Shown here one piece after another: positions 8,657 to 17,917 of a stretch of DNA of 32,000 nt. The position numbers and the translations under genes were made by a program. Source of the stretch: Candidatus Hermodarchaeota archaeon (lineage in GTDB: Archaea; Asgardarchaeota; Heimdallarchaeia; Hodarchaeales; Hodarchaeaceae); the NCBI GenBank assembly GCA_048886185.1, contig JBHLKY010000015.1, positions 1 through 32,000 of the forward strand, in the 5' to 3' direction. The stretch's first letter is position 1; the number at the start of each line of letters is the position of its first letter. The notes under the pieces were generated by a model. That model did not search any database. It was not told the DNA's origin and saw only the letters and a program-made list of their open reading frames with translations.

Positions 8657-10813
8657 ATGAGTACAGAACAAAATGATAAAATTAGTGAAATTCAAGATCA
8701 AAAAATAAAAATAGAAAGCGAAAACACTCAGATTCAGCAAAGAGTTTTAAATTTTCAAAAAGAAAGTAAAAAAGCAGTGGAAAGTTTTACCAGTTCATTG
8801 AACCAATCTAAGTCAAAAACTCTTTCTGAAATTAACTTATTAATGGATAATATCGATAATTTAACGAAAGAACTAGAGGATTACAAGAAAAGAACCCTAG
8901 TCTCGGAGAAAGGAGCTTTAAGTAGCCGATTGGATGGCTTGTTAGGACAGGTTAACTCTAGTATAGAGGGATTACAGAAATCAGTTATTGAATTATCTAC
9001 TAAACAGGAAGAAGACGTTTCTACAATCTATTCACAAATGGGGAGAAAAATTAACACTGGATTAAGTGATATTTATTCCAACCAACGAGCTCAGATAACT
9101 GAATTTGAAAAATCTATTTCTAGTAAATTAGCCCAAATTCAACGTGATATTGTTAGTACAGTTGAAAGTGAAAGTGCTAATCAGCGAGAGATGACCGAAA
9201 ATATTGCTACTTATTTCTTAGAATCATTAGATGATTTTCAATCAAAAATTAGAGATCTAAGTGATTCCAAAGAAACAAATGTGGATGCAATCTTTACTAG
9301 TACAGTCAGCGAGTCTGTGGGTCGTCTAGAGATAGCCAAAGAGGATTTACTAGCAAGTATTGATGGTGTAATGAATAATCTTGAGGAAAGTCTTTCTAAT
9401 CAAAAATCAACGAATGAACAGATGCAGTCAGCTATTAAGGATTTAATTACAAAAACAAAATCGGATGTCAAAACAAGAATTGAGAATCAACTATTGGAAT
9501 CAAGGGAAGACTGGAAAACAATTCAAGATACAGAAATAGAATCTCTTTCATCTGTTAAAGAAACTACTATAGGTTCTTTTCAGAAAGCCTTGGAAACCAG
9601 TGAATTATCTCAAAATAATCTATTAGCTGAATTAGAAAACCAATTAAAAACCAATCTTTATAATGAAATTGATAATATTACCCTTTCTTTTACGAAATTT
9701 CAGGACTCGATTATCAATCAAATTGATGCTCTCATTTCCCGGTTAACAAGTGCTCGTGATGAGATGAGAGAAAGCTTAAGCAGTCTTCTTGTAAGTAATT
9801 TGAATAAAATAGGTGGGATCGGGAAGCAGCTTGAACAACACCTTTCAGGAGTATTATCCCAAATTTCTGATGAATATGAAAACAGTCGAGAGAGCATTTA
9901 CACAAGTTTAATTGCTGCTATCGAAGAAAGATTCAGTAAAATAGTTACTTCTCTGGAACAATATACAACAACAACCAACTCTAAACTCCAAAAAACCGCT
10001 ACTGATCTTGATGTTTCTCTTCTTGACTTTTTTGATTCAACACAGAAGAATATCTCTGAGACAGTTGATAAAAACAGTTCGACACTTAATCAACTAAGGA
10101 ACACTGTTAATGAGTCTTTTAGAACCCTACAAGCGGGACAGGAAAAAAATATAGAGACTACACTTACTGATGTTCGAGCAGCTTTGCGAACGAAACAAAG
10201 TGAATTGGTTACCACCATTAGCAGTATTTCTCCAGCTGCTGAAGATCATATTGAATCCAATCGTGAATATATTGAAGGAAAGAAATCAGAAATATCAAGA
10301 ACAAGTTCTACTGCTTTTGACGACCTTAGAAAACAGGCAATTGCTATTGAACAGGATGGAATGACCACTATTCATTCCATTGTCGGAGAAACTAATCAGA
10401 AACTTGATGAAAGTATCAGTATCAGTGAGCAGAGTACTAAAGAACTCATTGAAGGACTAGAGGATGAACATAAACTATCCGTTGCGAAATTCCGTTCAAA
10501 TTCTACTCAAGAACTAGATAAACATTTGGAAACTCTCACTGAATATCAAAATAATCTCCAGGAAAAATTCACAAAGTTTTTTGATAATCAACAACAAAGT
10601 CTTGATTTGTTTGTCAACGCAAACCGAAAGGGTCGAGAAGCAATAGATGATCAACGTCGTAATCTTGATGTTAAGTTCGAAGAGATTAATAATAGCATCG
10701 AGACCGCTGCCGATTCACTCTCTATGAATATTACCACTAATACAGGAAATGTTACAACTTCGGTAAAACAGGTTTTAAAGGATGTTAATGATGTTATCAA
10801 GACTATAAAATGA
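8657..10813 (+). CDS. Long soluble all-alpha-helical / coiled-coil protein (apolipoprotein-like amphipathic repeats)
   Basis: 718 aa, rich in S/T/E/Q/N/L/I, with 1 Pro, 1 Trp, no Cys, no TM segment and continuous 3-4 hydrophobic spacing. Confidence 0.85.
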   Translation: MSTEQNDKISEIQDQKIKIESENTQIQQRVLNFQKESKKAVESFTSSLNQSKSKTLSEINLLMDNIDNLTKELEDYKKRTLVSEKGALSSRLDGLLGQVNSSIEGLQKSVIELSTKQEEDVSTIYSQMGRKINTGLSDIYSNQRAQITEFEKSISSKLAQIQRDIVSTVESESANQREMTENIATYFLESLDDFQSKIRDLSDSKETNVDAIFTSTVSESVGRLEIAKEDLLASIDGVMNNLEESLSNQKSTNEQMQSAIKDLITKTKSDVKTRIENQLLESREDWKTIQDTEIESLSSVKETTIGSFQKALETSELSQNNLLAELENQLKTNLYNEIDNITLSFTKFQDSIINQIDALISRLTSARDEMRESLSSLLVSNLNKIGGIGKQLEQHLSGVLSQISDEYENSRESIYTSLIAAIEERFSKIVTSLEQYTTTTNSKLQKTATDLDVSLLDFFDSTQKNISETVDKNSSTLNQLRNTVNESFRTLQAGQEKNIETTLTDVRAALRTKQSELVTTISSISPAAEDHIESNREYIEGKKSEISRTSSTAFDDLRKQAIAIEQDGMTTIHSIVGETNQKLDESISISEQSTKELIEGLEDEHKLSVAKFRSNSTQELDKHLETLTEYQNNLQEKFTKFFDNQQQSLDLFVNANRKGREAIDDQRRNLDVKFEEINNSIETAADSLSMNITTNTGNVTTSVKQVLKDVNDVIKTIK

Positions 10814-10914
10814 ATTGATACTTGGAATTTTTAATAGTAGGGATTATTTCATTATATATTAATACTCCTTGTTTACTTGAAGATCATTTTAACTTAAATA
10901 CAGGTGTAACAATT

Positions 10915-11427
10915 ATGTCCTATCCCAAAGAAGTCGCGTGTCATTTTATTGGGGTTGGAGGGGTTATATTTCACAATACTAGAGTACTACTTGTTAAACT
11001 GAATTATGGCCCTGCAAAAGGTAGATGGCTAATTCCAGGGGGCTTAGTTGATCCAGGGGAGACATTACGAGAGGCAATAAAAAGGGAAATTCTAGAGGAG
11101 ACTGGACAGAATATTAGGCCACTTGGAATCATAGGAGTTAGAAGTATGGTGCGTACAATAGATAATCTGACCGATCTTTATTGCATTTTCCTCTGTCAAT
11201 TGGAATCTGAACCAAAACCTCTAGTAAGAGCAGATGAAGAAATTAATGATATTAGATGGATAAGTATGAATGAGTTACATGAAGACTCAGCGGTTGCTGA
11301 TTACACTAAAATAATTGTAACAAAAGCCCGTCATTGTCAACTCTTGCAATATGATTTAGAAATGGAAGAACTCGCCATTAGACGGCCTAATCTGAAAAAA
11401 TACGAACATTTCTGGACGTGTTTATAA
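10915..11427 (+). CDS. Nudix hydrolase (NUDT6 / ADP-ribose-NADH pyrophosphatase-like)
   Basis: Nudix box GGLVDPGETLREAIKREILEETG and N-terminal HFIGVGGVIF. ATG 10915 preferred over TTG 10822. Confidence 0.9.
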   Translation: MSYPKEVACHFIGVGGVIFHNTRVLLVKLNYGPAKGRWLIPGGLVDPGETLREAIKREILEETGQNIRPLGIIGVRSMVRTIDNLTDLYCIFLCQLESEPKPLVRADEEINDIRWISMNELHEDSAVADYTKIIVTKARHCQLLQYDLEMEELAIRRPNLKKYEHFWTCL

Positions 11428-11471
11428 ATCTGGAATGAATTCTTAAGTTAAATATTGTCTTGGGCAAGGAA

Positions 11472-12155
11472 ATGATTGAGAAAGAATACTACTCTAAAAA
11501 ACTCTCTGCATTACGTTTGAAGCGTTGTTATGAGATTGCATCACCAAGAATCAAGCAATACTTAGAAGCTGAAATCCAATATGTTTTGGGACAAATTATT
11601 CCATCAGATACAGTTCTTGAACTTGGTTGTGGATATGGGAGAGTTTTAGGAAGACTTTCTAAGAAAGCACAGACTGTATATGGTATTGATATATCAGAAG
11701 CAAGTATTATTCTTGCACAGGAATTCTTAACTGATTTATCTAATGTTAAATTACAAATTATGAATGCTCAATCATTAGCTTTTGCTGACCAAGTTTTTGA
11801 TATGGTTATAGCGATCCAGAATGGTCTTTCCGCCTTCAAAGGTGATCCCAATGAAACAATTAAGGAAAGCATTAGAGTCACTAAACCTGGAGGTAAGGTA
11901 TTATTCTCTAGTTATTCAGAAAAAATCTGGGAGGAGCGACTTAATTGGTTTATTCAACAATCTAAAAATGGATTACTCGGGGAAATAGATTTGGAAAAGT
12001 CCAAAAAAGGTGAAATTATTTGCAAAGATGGGTTTAAAGCAACAACTTATACACCAGAATATTTCTCCCTTTTATCAATGAAATTAGGTTTAAAAACAGA
12101 GATTAAGGAAATTGATCAATCAAGTATCTTTTGGATTATTCATGTTAATCATTAG
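11472..12155 (+). CDS. Class I SAM-dependent methyltransferase
   Basis: VLELGCGYG (motif I), YGIDIS, FDMVIA, RVTKPGGKVLF. ATG 11472 preferred over TTG 11460. Confidence 0.9.
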   Translation: MIEKEYYSKKLSALRLKRCYEIASPRIKQYLEAEIQYVLGQIIPSDTVLELGCGYGRVLGRLSKKAQTVYGIDISEASIILAQEFLTDLSNVKLQIMNAQSLAFADQVFDMVIAIQNGLSAFKGDPNETIKESIRVTKPGGKVLFSSYSEKIWEERLNWFIQQSKNGLLGEIDLEKSKKGEIICKDGFKATTYTPEYFSLLSMKLGLKTEIKEIDQSSIFWIIHVNH

Positions 12156-13200
12156 AGTGCAATAATTTATGCAATTCTTCTACATTGAACTTGTATCCAT
12201 TCCATATCTTATATTTTCTGAAGCCTAACTGTTTATTGATTGCTATCATAGGTTTATTAATGATTGCAAAATCCGTAGCAACAAATCTTACCTCTGGAAA
12301 CATTTTCCTAGCATAAGTTAACATTTCTGCTTTCAACCATTTTCCCAACCCACGACCTCGATATTCCTTTTTAACTCCTGTAAGACCTTGATATAAGAGG
12401 GTTGCCTGATCTGGTTGGTAGAATGTCTCTGTTAATCCACTTATTACTCCATCTTTCTCTTTGGATATTATTGTAGTCCAAGTTTGGTTTAATATTTTAG
12501 AATGCTTTTCTCTAATTCTTCTTGTTACAGGAGTTTCAACCTCTTCCCATTCAAGTTCCCCTTTTGGAACTTGGTTAAGTGTTTCAGTAAATAACTTACA
12601 ATACTCTTCTATGTCTTCTTCTGGTACGATTTCAAATTGCGCAATAGTCACTCCCTCAGTACGCTGTGATCCTTTGGTTATCCATTCATTTACTATCTTC
12701 CAATCAACCTCATCCAGCGATAATCGAGATTCTTCTTCTGTTAACGCAATTTTCCCCCCATATTGTTCACAAAACGCTTTCCCAGTTTTCAAATGGCTTC
12801 CTCCTTGAATTATCATTTTTCCTTCCTCTTTTACTTTGTTTACTTGAATTTTTAGTAATTCGGAACCTAATCTAAGCCTTCGGTGCTTCTTATCAATAGA
12901 TAGATCACAGAAAGCGATGTGCTTATTCATTTTGTAAGCAGGAGCTGATCTATCGTAAATTGAAACTTTCCCATATCCAATCACTTTATCTTTTTCTTTA
13001 GAATGGATCATCCATCTGTAATTCTTGAAATTAGGGTCGGGATTTTGTAAATTTTTCTTAATTCTTTCTCTCGACGGTAAGGGGTCATCAGGAAAGATTT
13101 CTAAAAGGATCTTCTCGTAAAAATCGAATAATTTTTTCCATAAATCATCAGAAGCAGTATGTGGATCAAAAACAGTAATTTCTGGTTTTGGTTTACTCAT
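12145..13200 (-). CDS. Tandem-domain GNAT acetyltransferase
   Basis: Two acetyl-CoA-binding motifs (HRRLRLGSELL and YRGRGLGKWLK) and a C-terminal MIAINKQLGF; 3' end overlaps the methyltransferase by 11 bp. Confidence 0.88.
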   Translation of the reverse strand: MSKPKPEITVFDPHTASDDLWKKLFDFYEKILLEIFPDDPLPSRERIKKNLQNPDPNFKNYRWMIHSKEKDKVIGYGKVSIYDRSAPAYKMNKHIAFCDLSIDKKHRRLRLGSELLKIQVNKVKEEGKMIIQGGSHLKTGKAFCEQYGGKIALTEEESRLSLDEVDWKIVNEWITKGSQRTEGVTIAQFEIVPEEDIEEYCKLFTETLNQVPKGELEWEEVETPVTRRIREKHSKILNQTWTTIISKEKDGVISGLTETFYQPDQATLLYQGLTGVKKEYRGRGLGKWLKAEMLTYARKMFPEVRFVATDFAIINKPMIAINKQLGFRKYKIWNGYKFNVEELHKLLHSND

Positions 13201-13390
13201 AAATTCACTCTTCAGGTATTAAATAATATCAAAGACAGAATCTGTGTAAAAGCATAGTGTTTAAAAAATTCTCTAAAACTATTTTTAAACGTAAAAGATA
13301 CTATATTTAGGCAAATAATAAATTCATAAGTCTGAGAATATATGGCTTTCAAGTTAAAGCAAGTGATTCCCTTTTTGGGGATAAAATCAT

Positions 13391-13624
13391 ATGTCTAAGA
13401 AACAAGAACATCCATTACTGTTTATTATCACCGTAGCTTTGTCAAGTGTGATAATGCTTATTCTTTTCTATACTAATATTATTATTTTCTTCTTTGTCTT
13501 TCTTGCAGTCCTTGGTTGGAATATTGGACGAAGAATTCAAAGAAGAAAGGCAACTGTTATCCATCCTGATGATGAGCTTCAAAAATATATTACTCAGATA
13601 GACAACATGATGAAGGAGCGATAA
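13391..13624 (+). CDS. Small membrane protein (two TM helices plus short cytoplasmic tail)
   Basis: 77 aa; long hydrophobic stretch followed by basic GRRIQRRK. Confidence 0.65.
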   Translation: MSKKQEHPLLFIITVALSSVIMLILFYTNIIIFFFVFLAVLGWNIGRRIQRRKATVIHPDDELQKYITQIDNMMKER

Positions 13625-13718
13625 TCATCCATTTATATTTAAAAATTAACCAAAATTAAAAACATCCCTAGGGGCGCAATCACTTGTGATATCAAGTATA
13701 TTTATCTTTCATAGTTTA

Positions 13719-14156
13719 TCAATATCTTAATCCATATTCACAATAGAATTTAAGGAGGGTTAATGCTTCTCCCCATCCAACTGCACACTCAAGACAACGT
13801 TGGTGCCCTTCTATTGTATTTGCGTAACCATATTCTTTGAGATTAACAACAGTCCCTTCTTCTACTTCAATGAAGTCTATCTCAACTGTTGTATAATGAT
13901 CTTCCCACCATCTAAACACAATACGTTCAGGGATTTTGACTTCTACAATCGGACAAGTTGCTTGAGTATTCATTTTATCGACTCCCCAATCTACCCATTT
14001 AAAGATAATTCTACCTCCAGGTCTACGGTCAACTTGAGCTCCCTTAGTAAACCATCCATCTAATCCATCTGCGGTTGTCAGGCTATCAAAGACTTTTGTT
14101 TGGTCTGATCTTATCATAACCTTATGAGTTATTGGTGTAGCGATTATCGACATCAT
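13719..14156 (-). CDS. SRPBCC/AHSA1 (START-fold) ligand-binding protein
   Basis: VFDSLTTADGLDGWF, RPGGRIIFKW, PERIVFRW and GWGEALTLLKFYCE follow the AHSA1 pattern. Confidence 0.88.
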   Translation of the reverse strand: MMSIIATPITHKVMIRSDQTKVFDSLTTADGLDGWFTKGAQVDRRPGGRIIFKWVDWGVDKMNTQATCPIVEVKIPERIVFRWWEDHYTTVEIDFIEVEEGTVVNLKEYGYANTIEGHQRCLECAVGWGEALTLLKFYCEYGLRY

Positions 14157-14287
14157 TAATCATCTAACTTTCTTTTTAAAACCGCTATATTTATTTTAAT
14201 TAAAAAGGGAAATCATAAAGAATAAGTTAAATCAAATTTAATATCGGAGTTCATAATGAATCCAAATCTTCTTAAAAAGGATTCGAA

Positions 14288-15067
14288 GTGATTGAAACGA
14301 AAGGAATAATCTTCGACATAAAGAAATTTGCCATTCACGATGGCCCTGGAATACGTACAACTATATTTTTAAAGGGTTGTCCATTAAACTGCTGGTGGTG
14401 CCATAACCCAGAAGGCCAGAACCCAAACTCTGAAATAATATGGAAAAATCAGAAGAAAGAGCTAGTTGGACGAGTGGTAGGTGTTAAAGAGGTATTAGTT
14501 GAAATAGAAAAAGATCTAATTTTTTATGATGAATCTGGTGGAGGTATTACTTTTTCTGGTGGGGAACCATTAATGCAGCCTGTTTTCCTGGAACACCTGT
14601 TAATTGCCTGTCAGAAACGAGAACTTTCAACAATTCTCGATACGTGTGGATATGCTTCATGGAAGGTTATTGAAAAAATAAAGGATAATGTAGATTTATT
14701 TTTATATGATCTAAAGATGATAGATGATAAAAAACATCTTAAATATACTGGAGTGTCAGTTCTACCAATATTAGCTAATTTAAAGAAGCTCGATAGTATA
14801 GGTGCAAATATTATTATCCGTTTTCCAGTCATAACAGGAATTACCGAAACAGAAGAGAATGTTAGGCAAATGACTGAATGGTTATCCAAGCTTCAAACAA
14901 TTAAAGAAATTGATCTTCTTCCTTTTCATAAAAGCGGTTTTAATAAATATAAAAAGTTGAATCGGGAAAATAAAATGCTAAATCTGAATCCCCCATCAAC
15001 AGAAAGGCTGAATCAAATTTTAGACATTTTTAGCGAGCTGGGATTTGTCAGTAAGCTCGGAGGTTAA
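14288..15067 (+). CDS. Glycyl-radical enzyme activating protein (radical SAM), short form without ferredoxin insertion
   Basis: HDGPGIRTTIFLKGCPLNCWWCHNPE (CxxxCxxC), GGITFSGGEPLMQ, DTCG, DLFLYDLK; only 3 bp separate it from the GRE. Confidence 0.96.
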   Translation: MIETKGIIFDIKKFAIHDGPGIRTTIFLKGCPLNCWWCHNPEGQNPNSEIIWKNQKKELVGRVVGVKEVLVEIEKDLIFYDESGGGITFSGGEPLMQPVFLEHLLIACQKRELSTILDTCGYASWKVIEKIKDNVDLFLYDLKMIDDKKHLKYTGVSVLPILANLKKLDSIGANIIIRFPVITGITETEENVRQMTEWLSKLQTIKEIDLLPFHKSGFNKYKKLNRENKMLNLNPPSTERLNQILDIFSELGFVSKLGG

Positions 15068-15070
15068 GAA

Positions 15071-17437
15071 ATGAACGAACGTATTCGAAAATTACGTGAA
15101 CAGAGCTTAAAAGCTAAACCTTGGTTAGATCCTGAAAGGGCAATTTTAATTTCGCAATTTTACCAAAGTGAGATTGCTGACAGAGTTTCAATCCCTGTAA
15201 AGAGGGCCCTAGCCTTCAAATATATCTTAGAGAATAAGACAATATGCATTAATGACGGGGAGTTGATTGTGGGGGAAAAAGGATCGGAATCAAAAGCTGC
15301 GCCTACCTATCCAGAATTATGTGTTCATAGCATGAAAGATCTTGAAATACTAAATTCTAGAGAAAAAATATCATTTATGGTTAGTAAAGAAACACAGAAT
15401 ACTTATACTAAAACCATCATTCCGTTTTGGAAGAATGGTAAATCTATCAGGGACATAATTTTTAGATCAGTTTCGGAAGAATGGAAAGCTGCTTATAAAG
15501 CGGGTGTATTTACAGAATTTCAAGAACAAAGAGCTCCTGGACATACAGTTCTGGGGGAGAAGATCTATCAGAAAGGATTTCTGCATCTCAAGAAAGATAT
15601 TAAACAATCTATAGAAAGTTTAGATTTTTACAATGACCGTGAAGCCTTTGATAAAAAAGAAGAATTAGAGGCAATGGACATTGCTGCAGATGCACTAATT
15701 TCTTTTGCTAATCGTTATTCAAAAGCATTAAAGGAACTCGCCAAAGAGGAGAAAGATGAATTTCGTTCTCAAGAATTATTAAAAATGTCAGAAATTTGTC
15801 ATTGGGTTCCTGCCCACTCCCCACGAACATTTTGGGAAGCTTTACAGTATTACTGGTTCGTTCACCTAGGAGTTACAATTGAATTAAATACATGGGATTC
15901 TTTCAATCCTGGGAGGTTGGATCAACATCTTTACCCCTTTTACAAAAAAGAGCTTGAGGAGGGGATTTTGTCTGAAGAGAAGGCAACAGAACTTCTTCAA
16001 GCATTTTGGATTAAGTTCAATTCTCAGCCAGCTCCCCCAAAAGTTGGTGTAACCGCTCAAGAAAGCAATACTTACACTGATTTCTCATTAATTAACATTG
16101 GAGGAGTAAAGGAGGATGGATCTGATGCGACAAATGAACTCTCTTATTTATTACTGGATGTTATTGAAGAGATGCGGTTGTTGCAGCCTAGTTCTATGGT
16201 TCAGTTGAGTAAAAAGGGTCCCAATCGCCTACTTAGAAGAGCTTTCAAGATTATTAAAACTGGATATGGTCAGCCCTCAATTTTCAATACTGAGGCCATT
16301 ATCCAAGAAATGATTCGCCAGGGGAAATCTCTGAGAGATGCAAGGAAGGGTGGAGCTAGTGGATGCGTGGAGACTGGTGCATTCGGAACAGAATGTTACA
16401 TATTAACTGGTTATTTTAATCTGCCAAAGATTCTTGAAATTACTTTGAATAACGGTGTTGATCCCAGAACAGGAAGAGAAATTGGTTTAATTACTGGTGA
16501 TCCCGTTTCCTTCCAGAATTTTGAAGAGTTCTATGATGCCTATGAGAAGCAGTTGAATCACTTCATTAATATTAAAATCAAAGGAAATAACATCATTGAA
16601 AGGATTTATGCAAAATATATGCCAGCTCCTTTTCTTTCCTTGTTGATTGATGATTGTATAGTTAATGGGAAAGATTATAATGCTGGAGGGGCTAGATATA
16701 ATACATCATATATCCAAGGTGTAGGATTAGGTAGTATAACTGATTCTTTAACCGCAATAAAATATAATATATTTGATCATGACCTTATTAATATGAACGA
16801 ACTTCTTCAGGCTTTAAAAGCGAACTTCGAAGGATTTGAAGATATTAGAAGTCGTTTACTTAATGAAACACCTAAATATGGAAATGATGATGATTATGCT
16901 GATTCTATCACAACACAGATTTTCGAGAGTTATTTTAATGCTGTTGATGGACGGCCTAATACTAAGGGGGGCCATCATAGGATAAATCTTCTTCCTACAA
17001 CTGTTCATATATATTTTGGACAAAAAACTGGCGCTATGCCTGATGGAAAAAAGAATAGAGAACCCCTCTCCGAAGGGATTTCTCCTGTTCAGGGAGCAGA
17101 TAGGAAAGGACCTACTGCAGTGATAAAATCTGTATCAAAAATTGATCACTTAAGGACTGGAGGGACTCTCCTAAATCAAAAATTTACTCCAGCACTTTTA
17201 GCCACAGATGAAGGGATTGAAAAAATGATGCATCTTGTCCGTACTCATTTCAAACTTGACAATCACCATATTCAATTTAATGTAGTTACTGCTGATACTT
17301 TAAGAAAGGCCCAGATGAATCCTGAAAGGTATCGTGATTTAATAGTACGTGTTGCAGGTTACAGCGATTATTTTGTTGACCTGATACCAGAATTACAGAA
17401 TGAGATTATTAAAAGAACTGAATATGAGAGTTTTTAA
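15071..17437 (+). CDS. hypD: Glycyl-radical enzyme, trans-4-hydroxy-L-proline dehydratase
   Basis: Gly loop RVAGYS and single-Cys loop SGCVE. HypD-diagnostic segments: EFQEQRAPGHTV, ELNTWDSFNPGRLDQ, QPAPPKVG...ESNTYTDF, CYILTGY, LLPTTVH. Confidence 0.88.
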   Translation: MNERIRKLREQSLKAKPWLDPERAILISQFYQSEIADRVSIPVKRALAFKYILENKTICINDGELIVGEKGSESKAAPTYPELCVHSMKDLEILNSREKISFMVSKETQNTYTKTIIPFWKNGKSIRDIIFRSVSEEWKAAYKAGVFTEFQEQRAPGHTVLGEKIYQKGFLHLKKDIKQSIESLDFYNDREAFDKKEELEAMDIAADALISFANRYSKALKELAKEEKDEFRSQELLKMSEICHWVPAHSPRTFWEALQYYWFVHLGVTIELNTWDSFNPGRLDQHLYPFYKKELEEGILSEEKATELLQAFWIKFNSQPAPPKVGVTAQESNTYTDFSLINIGGVKEDGSDATNELSYLLLDVIEEMRLLQPSSMVQLSKKGPNRLLRRAFKIIKTGYGQPSIFNTEAIIQEMIRQGKSLRDARKGGASGCVETGAFGTECYILTGYFNLPKILEITLNNGVDPRTGREIGLITGDPVSFQNFEEFYDAYEKQLNHFINIKIKGNNIIERIYAKYMPAPFLSLLIDDCIVNGKDYNAGGARYNTSYIQGVGLGSITDSLTAIKYNIFDHDLINMNELLQALKANFEGFEDIRSRLLNETPKYGNDDDYADSITTQIFESYFNAVDGRPNTKGGHHRINLLPTTVHIYFGQKTGAMPDGKKNREPLSEGISPVQGADRKGPTAVIKSVSKIDHLRTGGTLLNQKFTPALLATDEGIEKMMHLVRTHFKLDNHHIQFNVVTADTLRKAQMNPERYRDLIVRVAGYSDYFVDLIPELQNEIIKRTEYESF

Positions 17438-17439
17438 TC

Positions 17440-17907
17440 CTATTCTTCAGTTGATAATTTCATTTCTGTGTTTGTTAGATAAAAACCTGTTTTTTCGTAC
17501 ACACTTCTTCCAATTTCTGTTGTATGTAAACTTACATTAGTTATTTCATTCTTTTTTAAGAATTTAATGATTTCCTCTAACAGTTTCGATGCTATTCCTT
17601 TACTCCGCCAACCAGGCAGTGTATACATATTCATAATGTACGCTTCTCTTCCAGAGTTATTACCAGGTGAAGGAGGTTTTTGAAAAAAAACTAATCCACT
17701 TGTTGCGATTATTTCACCTTTATTTTCTGCAACCCATGATAGGAATTCCTCTTTGGAGATAAATTTACTAAAATAGTCTTTACAAGCTTCTTGAAAGGAG
17801 TCTAAATTTAAATTTCCATCTATTAGCCCCATCTCCTCAAACAAAGCGACCCTGAATTGAACCAATGAATCTATGTCTTTAATGCCAGCTCGTCGGTACA
17901 GAATCAT
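17440..17907 (-). CDS. GNAT acetyltransferase
   Basis: YIMNMYTLPGWRSKGIASKLL and GRSVYEKTGF; AGGAG RBS upstream. Confidence 0.9.
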   Translation of the reverse strand: MILYRRAGIKDIDSLVQFRVALFEEMGLIDGNLNLDSFQEACKDYFSKFISKEEFLSWVAENKGEIIATSGLVFFQKPPSPGNNSGREAYIMNMYTLPGWRSKGIASKLLEEIIKFLKKNEITNVSLHTTEIGRSVYEKTGFYLTNTEMKLSTEE

Positions 17908-17917
17908 TTTTATTCTC

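Noticed and set aside
10170-10364. Alternative-frame ORF inside the helical protein gene
   Set aside because: Short, fully nested, no RBS or motif.
13682-13697. Imperfect palindrome ACTTG(TG)ATATCAAGT between convergent genes
   Set aside because: Short and AT-rich; could be a terminator but is not distinguishable from chance.
12461-14889. ORFs 12461-12808, 12666-12875, 13800-14063 and 14611-14889
   Set aside because: Antisense to well-supported genes (GNAT, SRPBCC, activase).
15071-17437. GRE as pyruvate formate-lyase or choline TMA-lyase
   Set aside because: Single Cys (GCVE) rather than the PFL Cys-Cys pair; HypD-specific segments are present.
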